From positions 930,001-994,000 of the forward strand of contig MU054323.1 of the NCBI GenBank assembly GCA_013239625.1: 64,000 nucleotides of DNA, read 5' to 3'. The notes below the pieces were generated by a model. That model searched no databases and was not told the origin of the DNA. It saw nothing but the letters and a program-made list of their open reading frames with translations. Origin of the DNA: Lama guanicoe. Lineage: Eukaryota. The position numbers and the translations under genes are program-made. Within the stretch, counting starts at the first letter, position 1, and each line of letters begins with the position of its first letter. Positions 25,144 to 37,190 of the stretch are shown piece by piece.

Positions 25144-25589
25144 TACCAGCAGTGGGGAGGACAGCAGTTCTGATTAACTCAAATGGAATTACACTCTATC
25201 GTTAAATCAAAGCTCCAGATACGAATTTGTACTTTTTCATTCATGAGTACACACCTTCTGAATCATCAGCAGGGACCATGGATAGGAAATTCGAACATCG
25301 GTTAATCTTTAGCAGGAAGATGAGTATCAGTATCTACTTCTATGAGTAATGCCTGCCTTTTAGTTAACATTTAGGAGACTATATACAGCTCTGTGTGTAC
25401 AATGACCTCAGAGTGTTTTTTTCAGGGCAGATCTCTCTAGAATGCCCTTGATTATTCATTGTAGCCCAAGGGCAAGATATATTGTTTATCAGAAATTTAA
25501 GCGTAACTGGATGTTCCGTATTTCAGCTGGTACTTCTAGAAAGTGCCATTTTCACTTTTTAAAAAATTATATTAACAGTAATTCTATAA

Positions 25590-26600
25590 TATCAAAAATT
25601 CTGTCAACATTCAACTTTCCTTGGTCACCATGCTGTGCATTATATCCTCATGATTTGTTTTTTATAACTGGAATTTTATACGTTTTGACTACCTTCATTC
25701 ATTACACCGCACCACTAATTTCTAATTGTCTCATAATTGTCATAAATGTTTTGTTTTGTTTATTAATTGCTTCACTCAGGATCCAAAGAAGGTCCACACA
25801 TTGCAATTAGTTTATATAATTTTTGATCCTTTTTACACCTATAGATTCACTATCTATCACTGCTTTTTTCCCCTTGCAACTTATTTGTTGATGAAATAAG
25901 GCCATTTGTCCTAGAGAGTTTCCATTGATTGGGTTTTGTTGATTGTACCCTGTGGTCTGTTAAACGTAGGTCTCAGTTTCCTGACTTTTCCATAAATCTG
26001 TAGTTGAGCCTAGAGGCTTGATATTGAAATTTGAACTTTAATTTTTTAAAGACTCATAGGAGGTGTTTGTTGTGTTTCTATCAGGAGGCACAAAATATCA
26101 TGACTATTTTGTTATGTTAGTGACTTTAATGAATAATGCCTAGATTAATTAATTATGGGTTGTAAAATATTAATACTTTAACTCTTAATTCTATTATTTT
26201 TTTTCCTTTTTAGCCAAACAGTTTTACAAAGAGAAATAAGAATAATACTACCATTAACAATATGGTTATTAAAAAAATCTTTAAAATTTTTTGCAGATTC
26301 TTTTTTTAATCCACTGAGGACATATCCCACTAGGTACATATTGACAAATTCTTATGTTTTAAAGTTGCATGAATACTTTTTTATTTGATATTTTTCTACT
26401 AATTGGAGTCATATTTAGTTCATTTATTTATTTGTTAAAATGTAGGTATAGTATTTTATGACTTTGACATTTTATTATTATATAAAATAGTTTCATTGTT
26501 TCAAAATCAAGTCAGCAAAAATAGATCTATTCAAAGAGTCTGGCTTCTGTTCCTGTCTCCTCCATTCTATTTTTCCTCCTCCTTGCCATAAGGTGGGTAA
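25590..26600 (-). mobile_element. Composite of L1 fragments (Laurasiatherian L1 3' piece, L1MC4/5-like, HAL1/L1ME-like)
   Basis: gtcaccatgctgtgcattatatcc...ataactggaa; tcaggatccaaagaaggtccacacattgcaatt; ctattcaaagagtctggcttctgttcctgtc. Confidence 0.65.
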
Positions 26601-27579
26601 GAATGAAATTACAAAGAGAGCTCCAGATCTCTATGTTCAGTGACCTGTGGTCTATTTCTGGCTTCCCGGATAACTCACTGATGGCCCTTGCATTTAGTTG
26701 CCTTCTTCTGGGTGTAGTAGTCCCATCTGAACAATAAGGTGACGGTGTCCACTGACCCATGAGAGTCTTGCCATCTTCTGATGGTTTCTTGGGTCCATGG
26801 TCCTGAGGTTAGCAGCCTGCAGAAATCCTCTCCCCACTGGCTTGCTGAGGCCTGAAATGCCACTGTTAGGACCTCCACTGCCATCCCTATTTCTGTCCTT
26901 CGGGAACATTCTCATGTCTTCGTGGGACAGGAGAGTGGAGCGGGGATTAACTCTGTTTAAGCGCTGCCACTTCTCTCTGAATGAGTGCCTCACTTCATTT
27001 TCTGGGCTCCTAGGTTCTCTGAAAGGATTCATGAATTCTCTGCTATTGAGAGAATGAACAAAAATGAGTTCTGTCCTGAGCCACAGGCAAGAAGTCCAGG
27101 AATCTGGGGAAAAGAAGCCAGATAGGAGCCCTCATGAAAGTGAAGGAGTAGTAAATGTCTGGAGGACGGCGCAGAGCTGCCTTGAGACCACGGGGGAGGG
27201 GCCCCAGGGCTGGGGAGACTTGGCACACGGAGAACAGCCCCAGACACCGGAGGCAGAAGCGGGAGGAACACTGGACTGCAATGACTGCCTATGATCATCG
27301 CACGCTGCCTGAGCAAGCTCTCTTGTTGCTTTGAGGTTCCTTTGCTTCACTTGTAGGCCAGACAAACTGTCCTCAGCCTAACTCCAAGGATCTTAGATGG
27401 AAGACTATATTGAATAACCTGACTCTCATCATGAACCAAGCAGGATGAGGATGGGGCTGAGAGAGAAGGACCACCGTCACTGCCGCCTTCCGGGAAAAAT
27501 CTCCGGATCGCCTTTCTCAGTGGGTCTTAGCGCTCTCTAGGGCTAAGGTGGCGTCTTTATCAGGCCTGATGTCAGCCAC

Positions 27580-27896
27580 AGTCACACATCACTAACAGTC
27601 GCTTTAATGAATAGTCCCTCTCTTTGCTCACAGAATTAGAATTCTACAGGTGGACAGTGCGAGCTGGTGGAGACTCTGAGTAATTTCATCAAGGACCTGG
27701 ACGCTCTTTTGCTCTGACATCCCTTGCATGTTAGTTTGTCTCCTTATCATCAAAAGTTGCTACCATGTGTCCATCCATCTCTCCACATTCAACTGGAAAG
27801 TGCGTAGTTAGCATGTCTAGCTCGTAAGACAAAGGTGAAAAAGGATAAGGGCTTTGGAAATGGATATGAGTCAACTAGCCAATAAAGCTGCCACTA
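27580..27896 (-). mobile_element. Old MaLR LTR (MLT1J/K/L-like)
   Basis: catcaaggacctggacgctcttttgctctgacatccct...agccaataaagctgccac. Confidence 0.55.
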
Positions 27897-28507
27897 GCAA
27901 AGATATCACTAGCATACCCAACCTGGGAGAACCCATGAGGTGAAGCCAAGTCATAGCCTCTGAGCGAGGACTAGGAGTAAATATGAGAAAGACCAGATTC
28001 ACATTCCAGATCGAAAGAGGCAAGCATGAAATTGTGAGTGAGAGCTGGAGCGGAGTCGGGACTCAGGCAGAGCCTGTGATAAGAAAGGAACAGGATATCA
28101 ACAAGTGAGAAAGGTGACTGGTTGCCACAGCCTGCGGGGTGGTGTGAGACAAACACCATTAAAAAGACACAGTTGGCAGCCCTTTAGAGTCCTCCGCAAC
28201 AGGAGCAAGTGGTGACTGCTTACAAGAATCACAGAAATGGTCAGGACTACCAGGACCTGCCTCCTGTAAAGGGGAAAAAACGACAAAACTAGAGAACACC
28301 CTGAGCTCAAATGGAACACGTTCTTTTAATACTCCAATCCTTCCAAATTATTTGAGTGGGAGTCTTCAGGTGCTCGTGCCTCTGTAGAGAGAAGCAGAAC
28401 CAAGCTGTGAAGAGTGGGGTGGAACAGGTGTGAAGGGAACTGGCAGAAAGCATGCTGAGCCCTGAAGCTGATGGTCTGGGCTGAGGTGGTGAGAAAAAGT
28501 GAAAGTG

Positions 28508-29052
28508 GATGTGTATCGACAGGTGACTGGATATAGAAGTTGTGGTGTGAGATATAGATACATATATACACACACACACATATAGACACACACACAGTAG
28601 ATTACTACTGAGCCATAAAAAAGTGAAATAATGCCATTTGCAGCAATATGGATGGAACCAGAGATTATCATACCAAGTGAAGTAGGTCAGAGAGATACAA
28701 ATATCATATGATATCATTTACATGTGGAATCTAAAAAATGACACTAATGAACTTATCTACAAAACAGAAACAGAGTTCCAGGCATAGGGAAAAAAAAAAC
28801 CCAAAAAACTTAGTTACCAAAGGGGAAGGGGGAGGAAGGATAACTGGAAGTCTGAGATGACCAGATACAAACTACTATATATCAGATAAACAACAGGGTC
28901 CTACTATATAGCACAGGGAAGTATATTCCATACCTTGTAATGGTCTACAAAGAAAAATATATATAAATATATATATAAAAAACTGAATCACTATGCTGTA
29001 CATCAGAAACTAACACAACATTGTAAATCAACTAAATTTCAATTTAAAAAAG
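28508..29052 (+). mobile_element. Younger 5'-truncated L1 (cetartiodactyl/camelid-type), ORF2 end plus 3' UTR
   Basis: gccataaaaaagtgaaataatgccatttgcagcaatatggatgga...tggaatctaaaaaa...atagcacagggaa...ctgaatcactatgctgtacatcagaaac, A tail. Confidence 0.92.
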
Positions 29053-31511
29053 GTGAGGGTGAGAGGCATTTGAGGGGAGCATTAATTTTATAATTAAAAG
29101 ACATGCTATGTATACAGCAACTCTTAGAATGTGCATCCAATCATCTCTGATTTCTTTCTTTCTTTTCTCTCCTTTTCTCTCTCTTTCTTCTTTTATTTTT
29201 GAACATTGCTACAAAACTTAAAAGTTTCTCAAAAGACCCATTCCTAAATAATGATTTGGTTAAGAAATAAAACAGAAATTACAAAATATTAAGACCTAAG
29301 TGAAAAAGAGATGATTAACAAGTCCATAACATGCAGTCAAAACTGGGGGAAAAAATGTAAAAAGAAGCTGCTGTAAAGGAGGGTAAAGTATTTAATGGCA
29401 CCAACTGATTAGATCAAAGCACAATTTGAGCACAATTCAAGAGCTCCTTGAACCCAGTAATCATACACGATGTGGCCCAACACAGCTTATAATAAACATC
29501 AATAAAATTGGGTACAATTTCTGCCCCAGCTTGAGTTGTTCACCTGCTCACTCCAAACGATCACTGGATTAAAGATTCTAGGTTTGAACTTGGACCAGGT
29601 ATGTGAGAAAGTTATAATGAATAATGCCAAAAATTCATAGCTACAAATATATTTATTGATGTAGAGCAGACTTTGTTAAAGGGAATGTCTTCAAGGTGCA
29701 TTGAGAGTAGTCCACACAAAGATATGCCACACAAAGAGCCATTAGACTATAAAGAAAAACCAGCAACCCACAAGAGAGAGAGAGACAGCCGAAGATCTGT
29801 GGGAGCCAGAGGTGGGGGGACAACTTTCTGTGAGCATCAAAAAAGCCTCACTGGGGGACTGGCTTATTAGCTAATCCTCAAAGGAAGAGGAGGCTGTGTT
29901 TCAGCTGAAGACACTGCAGATAAAACAAATGGCACAAAGCAATGAACTTGGGAAAGCATGAGACGTTTGTTGGGGAAAAGGAGTGTATTCTGTGAGTAAG
30001 AGGGTGGTAAAATTAGGGCTGGGGCCATGTTACTAATGACCCTGAATGATGGGCTGAAGATGGGCTGTTTTCTACTGGGAAATGAGGAGATTCAAGCAAA
30101 AGCTGGCTTTGGGTTGTCACTGACATACCTGTGTGTCACATGAGAGCCCTCACCCTTTTGTGGAAGAAAGGCTCAGCCCAAAACCAGCAACTTCCAGACT
30201 CTGACGAGTCTGAAATCAGAGCAGTCTGAGTCTTTACTGACTCTCATTTGAGACCCATATTCTCATCCCAAGCCTGGACTGGAGATCCAAGGGTCCCCGT
30301 TTCTTTGTTCTCTAGAAGCTGGCCTTGAAGGCCCTGGGAGGAAGGCAGGGGGCCTAGAGAGTTTGCCTACCAGACACTCACGTAGTTTCAATAATGCCAA
30401 CTGGGTTTTGAAACAGCTGTCCTAAAGAGACTGGAGGAGAGGGGCTGGCAGAGAAGCAGTTTTTCAGTCGTGTATAAAAATGACAAAACCAATGCTGTCA
30501 TTCCATTGGAGCCAAAGAGATGCATGTCCCCCAGCATCAGGCATCAGACATGAGTGGAACAGAGACTCACCTTCTCCAGCTCCAGGAGCCACAAGGACAA
30601 GCTCACAGGGCCCAGCTTTCTCAGGATTCAAGGTCAATCACCCTCCCTCCCTAGGAACTAGAAAGAGAAGCCGCTAGAAGTCTCTGCTCTGCTCTCTCCT
30701 CAACCTGACTCACAAACTTGGGGTGAGACCCTGGCCAAAGAGGGTGGGCGCTCTCCACGCCTGGTCTTCACAATCCCCTCAGGGTTGTTAATGTCTTAAA
30801 TCAAATTCAGGCACAGACACAGTTTGAAAAAGCATATCCTAACAGCAGAGGGGAGCTTAGATGAAAAGCCATAATCTTTTCCCCCATTTCCTCCTCCTCC
30901 ACAGCATGGTTCTCCAGACACAGCTGCTCCGTACTGTTTCCTTCCACCATTGTCCTGGTCATTATTTCCATACCTCTAAACAATAGAGTCAAACCTCTCT
31001 TTCTTGATTGTCATATTTAGACATGAGCTATCGATTTCCTGCTGTGAGAAATGAGGATTTAGCTCACTTATACCTCTCTCCACCTCCCTCTCCCCATCTC
31101 GGAAAAGCATTATTCCACTATTTTTAATTCTATTTTAGTCACCTTTATAACTTTAAATAATGTACGCGCACACTTCTAGTCTGTTCGCCATCAATCACAG
31201 ACACTGCTTCACCCTCGTTACTTATTAAGATTAGATATTAGCAGCTCTAGGCTTCCCCTTACCTCTCCTCCTTCCTCTCAATCTCTAGTGATTACTCTTA
31301 CTTTAAAAATTTCATAGCTGGTTATATTATCTTTTATTCTGCTGCCATTATAAGGTCTTTAGTGAATTACCTAAAGATTGATCTAAAATCTAAAATGATT
31401 AATATCTTAATTTTTTTGGCACAATAAATAGAGAGCTGTGATTATGTTTTTGGTCAGTTAGTTTGTTCGCTTGTTTCCTGATATTTCCAATTTTCTTTTG
31501 GATCACTCAAT

Positions 31512-31886
31512 ATCCTAGCAGGAAACAGAGGGCCCATTTGAATGGGGTAATTAGGAAGTACTTAATAAAGAGGCAACTTATAACACTGTGGAGAGGTTAA
31601 AGGTAACCAATAGGAGTGGTGACGTATTTCGCTGTTAGCAAGAGTGGACAGTTACTGTGACCCCGAGCCAGAAAGAGAAAGAGGAGGGAACAGACACCAG
31701 AACTGGGAGAGAGCATTCACCCTGTGGGAGAGGATTTGACTTCAGTCAAGTGTCTCATCTCACTGGCAGAGAACAGACAGAGAGCAAGAGGGCCCGCTGA
31801 TGCAGCCCACAAAACAGCGTCCTGAGACACAGAGCAAGGCAGAGAAGTTTGGAAGGTGGGTCTGGAGGGGCAAGTACAATATATTC
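31512..31886 (-). mobile_element. ERVL LTR, LTR33-like
   Basis: cagcaggaaacaga-like start...ttaataaagagg...gacacagagcaaggcagagaag...gtgggtctggaggggcaa. Confidence 0.7.
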
Positions 31887-32529
31887 AGATGACCTTTTAC
31901 AAATCTTTCCTTCATTTCTTTACATGATACTCTGGCTGTCTGGTCACTGTCATCCTTATCTGAGCAGATTTGTACAGCAGGTATGCAAAGAGAAGTAAAT
32001 AGTTGATACTCAACCTTTGATTGACAAAAATAGGCTTTAAGTTCCATGGCAAATCCAAGTCTTTAAGGTCAAAGCATACAAGAGCCAGGCTTTCTTGAAG
32101 GAAAAAGTGGATTTTGTTGTTTTTGTTTTTAATGGCAAAGGTAAAGTGCTCTAGGACCCAGAACATGTTTATCTCATAAGTTTAGCTGGAAGAAAAAAAT
32201 ACCACATACTGCAAGAGAAATTTTTTAACTCTAAAGGAATACTGATAGTGGGAAAGAGCAAATCTGAAGAACACAAGTATAATTTAAAGGCTGCTATGAG
32301 CCTGAAAAAGTCTCTGATATAAATCCAAGTATAAAGAAACATGGCCTGGTTTCTATTTTTGGTTACCCAACTAATTTTGGTTATTTTTAATTTCCTATGA
32401 CATATTTTTAGGATACTGCAAGTCTTATAATTTAAGACCCTGGTTCAACTGGGTGCTTGAGTAGAAATCACAGAGTGAAATGTCTCAGGTGATAATGATG
32501 GTGATGATGGTGATGCTGATGACAGTAAT

Positions 32530-32790
32530 AATAACAATAATAAAATTGACATTTATGCAACAGTCATTCTGTGCAGACTCTGTTCTGAGCACACTGGATC
32601 TATCACCTTCTTTCATTATCAAAACAACTCTATAAAATAAAGAATACTGTTACCATTGTTTCATTGATGAGCAAAATGCAACACTGAGGGGTTGGGTGAC
32701 CAAGGTTACACAGCTGATCTTCATGGGGCTGGGAATCAAACTCGGGAAGGATGACTCCAGGATCTGTACTCTCAATCACTCTACTCCACT
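32530..32790 (-). mobile_element. MIR SINE with upstream (GAT)n/(AAT)n tail
   Basis: aacaactctat...ttgatgagcaaaa...gaccaaggttacacagctg...gctgggaatcaaactc. Confidence 0.7.
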
Positions 32791-33605
32791 GCTTCAGAAT
32801 GAGCCTGAAGGCAGTGACAGACTGTACAGTCGGTCCAGGGCAGGCGAATGTCCAAACTCTTGTGTGCCTATGCTCTGGGAAGGATACAGAAATTTTTGAG
32901 GGTATGCCATCAGACCTGGACAGACATTGGAGTAGGGTTCAGGGGGATGGAAGATGACCCGCATAATCAGAGTAACCAGTTAACAAACGGAAACGTAGAT
33001 TTTTCTGTCAACAATGCAAGGATAGATGAAGGGCGCTGGCTCATCTTAGAAGATGACAACACAGAGCTATCTGATAGCTATCAGCCGGATGTCTCCCCCT
33101 CAGTTCTTGGATAATAAGTAACCCTCTACTTAAACCTAAGTTCGAAAATAAAAATAAATTCCTAGGAATTAAATCAGCCAGAGGCACATCCTTAGGAAAG
33201 GAGAAAAGAAGAGGAAAATATTGAATTGACTAAGTTGTTTCTCAAGAGATTCAATACTAAGCCAGAAGTGATTGAGTGTTTCCTGAATTAGTAAGATTAA
33301 GTTGTCTTCTACCAAAGTGGAATGGTGGTTCCTGAGATAAATTAAGTTTAGTTATAGAGAAATAAAGCAAGGAATATATTTAGCAGTGAGAAGTTTTAAC
33401 TGTGAAATTTGCACCCATTGCACGCATATCTTTTTAAGCATTGCTTTTATCTGTGTGCCTTCTACTTCGTAAGGCAGTTGGCGGCTTTTCTCCCCAACCT
33501 CCCTGGTACTTCACTTCTATCCTTGTAATCAGTCTTACCACACGACATTACAATTTAGGTATTCTGAAATTATTTATCAGCAAAATCTTTCAGAACAGGG
33601 GTCCA

Positions 33606-33770
33606 TTTTTCTTTCTCTTTCTTTTTCCTTTTTCTTTTCCTTTCCTTTCTTTTTCCTTTTTCTGTTCTATTTCCCTTTTATTTGCTTCCCTTTTTCCTCC
33701 TCCTTCCTTCCCTCCCTTTCTTCTTTTTCTTCCTTCTTTCTTCCCTTTCTTCTGAATATTTTCTCCTTTC
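33606..33770. repeat. Polypyrimidine (TTTC/TTCC)-type low-complexity tract
   Basis: About 160 bp almost entirely C/T. Confidence 0.9.
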
Positions 33771-34314
33771 TCATATTTGCACATTAAAAAGGTGCTCCAC
33801 AGACGTTTTCCCCAACTAGATGAGAGTGTAATGGCTGATCGAGACATTCTCTTAACCTTAACTCTCTGATCCCCAAGCTTCAAGAATGATACATATTACC
33901 TGATTTGCAAGAAAATAGGGCACTGAAATTAGACAGCTCCTGCTTCCATCAGGATTGGGCCAGTCCTAGTTGTTGGAGGGAAAATGGAGGTGGATTTAAG
34001 GAGCTGACTAAAAGCTACGCTCCAGAGACCCTTGGTAATGGCCTCAGGGCTACGTAATTAGTATTTTTCTTTCCATCATTAACTTATGATCTTGCTGAAA
34101 AAATACCTCTAACAGATAATGATGTTTAAATATTATCATTATTGTGATTGGTTTATTATTATAACCCTAATCTATTAAGAAAATTATTATTAATGGTGCA
34201 GAATTCCTTTGGGACTTAATAGTACCTGTATGTTTTGCCTGTGGATATTTCTGGAAAGCAGAAATTAAATTTAGGCTCCATATCCTTATGATACAGTAAT
34301 AAAGGCAATTGCAT

Positions 34315-35958
34315 AAGACTTTGGCTTCTGACGATGGTGGTATGACCAGTACTGGTCTAGTCCTTCCAAGTAAACAACAATAAAACTGAACAAAACAGAC
34401 AAAGCAACTCTTTCCAGCATTGCCCAGCAGGCACTGTAACACTCCAATCCATGAAAAAAGGGAAGCTCATGAAGCGAGGCCCGTAATTGCCCTGGCTGTC
34501 TGCATAGTGAGAAATCTTCAAGCAGAGCATGGCATTCCCACTGATCCAAGGAGGTACTGAGCTGAGTTCAGGACAACTAAAATGGCTATAATTCTAGGGC
34601 AGGGGACCGGGGAGGAGGAAGGTGTAGAGAGTGAAGGCTAAGCCAGAAGGCTGTGTGTGTGGGAGGGGTCCTCAGAAGCCCTTAGCTAAGGGTTGGGCTG
34701 ATCATGCATGTGGAGAGACTTTATGATATTTGCCAGAGTGGCAGCTGTGGATTTGAGAGTAAAATAAATAGCCTAGTGGTCTGACAGGGCTCGGGAAACA
34801 CTGAAGTTTTGGTTTAAGCAGAATGGACAAAATTATTAATATCTCATGAGCACTATATGCATCTACCTGGGACATCATAAAGGCCATGTCTTAGGAGCAA
34901 AAATCATGTTCAAGAGAAAAGAATTTTTCAGACTTTTATTTTAGAACCACCTAGAACAAAACTAAAATCAAACCCTGATGAGATTTACAGGAGAGGCAGA
35001 GTTTGAGCGTTAAGGCCCGCCAAGCTAGAGGAAGTTGGGAAAGATCTCGAGTCTTCCCCAGATTTTGTCTAACAGAGGCATAAAACCAAGTCTACTCAAG
35101 TTCAGTGTCATCAGTCAGAACTTGAACTGTTGCAGTAAGAACAAAATTCAACATTCAACAAACAAAATTACAGAATCCAGAATCTGTACTACATATTTTC
35201 AAAAAATCTAGTACACAACCAAGGATTACCAGGCATGTGAAGAACTAGAAAATTTTAACACATAGTCAAGGGAAGAATATAGTCACTAAAAATCTACCCT
35301 GAAATGCTCTAGCTGTTGGATTTAGTATATGGTATTTAAAACAACTATTAAAAAAGTTCAAAGAACAAAAGGGGAAAAGCTATTAACATAATAAAAGGGA
35401 AATATGGCTTTAACTAATTAAAATAATTAATAAAATAAATAAAAGATAAAAAGATATTAATATCTCAGCAGAGAAATAAAAATTTTAAAAGGAACCAAAT
35501 GAATATTCTTGAAGTTAGGAGCATCAGGGGGAAAAAAAAAACAAACCCTGGATGGGCTGAACAGATTGGAGAGTCAATGAATTTGAAGACAGATCAATAG
35601 AAATTACTTAATCTAAAAGAAAAGAAAATAGATTTAAAAAAAAATGAAAGGACCCTTGGGAATCTCTGGGACAACATAAACTGTTTATTATAGGTGTAAT
35701 AGGGGCCCCAAGAGGAGAAGAGTGAGACTAGGGCAGAAAAAATACTGGAAAAAAAAATAGCTGAAACTTTCTGCCATTTGATGAAAATTTTTGACATATA
35801 GATCCATGAATTACACTGAATTCAAAGCAGGAAAAATACAAATGAAATCAAATGTAAGCGTGTCATAGTTAAATTGATAAAGGGAAAATCTTGAAAGTAT
35901 TTAGAGAAACAAGATGCGTTACCTATAGAGGAGCAAGAATATAAATAATATCTGACTT
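34315..35958 (+). mobile_element. Old L1M 5' UTR plus degraded ORF1
   Basis: ORF1-like gaatttgaagacagatcaatagaaatt...ctctgggacaacataa...gcagaaaaaatact...atagctgaaacttt...gaaaatcttgaaag. Confidence 0.8.
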
Positions 35959-35959
35959 A

Positions 35960-36270
35960 GTCCATTTGGGGCCAGACAGAACCTCTTGAAATTGGCTATT
36001 TTGTCATTTTGACACAACTTGAATAGCTTACATACTCTCTGGCATGACAAGTATTCCAGGATCTTCTTGTATTTTTTTTTCTTCTAGGTTTGTTCTGGTT
36101 TCTTTTGGTGTGAAATGCTTTTTAGATACCAATATTTGAATAGTGGTGTTCGTTGTTACAGAGTTAGTTATTGTTTTTAGGCCCTACCAGTTGACAAAGC
36201 TAGGAAATACATATTATTTTGTAAGAAGAAAATATAGTATGAGTTCATGCTGATATTTATATTTTATAAT
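35960..36270 (-). mobile_element. L1MC4-like 3' fragment, opposite orientation
   Basis: tttggggccag...cctcttgaaattggct...ttttgacaca...tctggcatgacaag...ttccagg. Confidence 0.55.
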
Positions 36271-36274
36271 TTAA

Positions 36275-37190
36275 AAGAGCCAGAAGGCTATGGTCAATTG
36301 GTTTCCAACAGAGCTCTGTTTCAATAAGGAAAGGAACTTTTTTTTTGCAAAAACCGGTCCAGAACCAACTGGATATTTACCCTGAAGAAACAAACAAATA
36401 AACAAACAACCCTGACCAGCATGCCAAAAAGTAGTAATAGTTGACAATGGGTCATAGACTTAAATGTAAAAAATAAAAGTATATAATTTCCAGACAAAGA
36501 GAGGAAAAAATTATTAGCAACTTGAGGTAGCGAAAAAGCACTAATCATAAAAGAACAAAAATTGATAAATTGGACTTCATCAAAATTAAAATCTCCTGCT
36601 CTTTCACCAGTCAAAAAGCAAAAGCAAATTAAAACCACAATGGGAAATCACTTCACACACACTAGAATGGCTAAAATTTAAAGAGATTAACAATATTAAG
36701 TGTGGACAAGATATAAAGAAATGAGAACTTTCGCCTCTTGCTAGTGAGAATGTAAAGTGGTATAATTGCTTTGGAAACTGGTAGTTTCTTAAAAGTTAAA
36801 TAGACACCGATCATATAACCCAGTAGTTTCACCCCTAGATATTTACGAAGAGAAATAAAAACATAAGACCATGAAATGTCTTGTATAGAAATGGTCATCA
36901 ATAGGTAAGTGGAGAAACAAACTGTAGTATATTCATACAGTGAAATACTTATTCAGCAACAAAAAAAGTAAGGATACATGACACCTACAACAACGTGAAC
37001 GCACCTCAAAAACATGATGTTGCACGAAAGACGCCAAACACAAATGAATACGATATTGTGTGATTCCATTTACACAATCTACACAGTGGGACATCAGGGC
37101 AGTCGGGATTTGAGACAGGGGAGGAACACCCTCCAGGGTGATGGGAGTGTTCTAGATCTTGATATGGTGGTGGCTGCATCATTTATACAT
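36275..37190 (+). mobile_element. Old L1M ORF2 end and 3' UTR
   Basis: tatggtcaattg...catagacttaaatgtaaaa...gataaattggacttcatcaaaattaaaa...caaattaaaaccacaatg...cactagaatggctaaaatt. Confidence 0.88.

Noticed and set aside
26610..27560. Processed pseudogene call
   Set aside because: No poly-A tail, no target-site duplication and no recognisable parent protein; kept only as an unexplained island
33441..33883. K/E/R-rich and F/S/P-rich ORFs (also 931-1119 and 37900-38217)
   Set aside because: Translations of purine or pyrimidine low-complexity tracts
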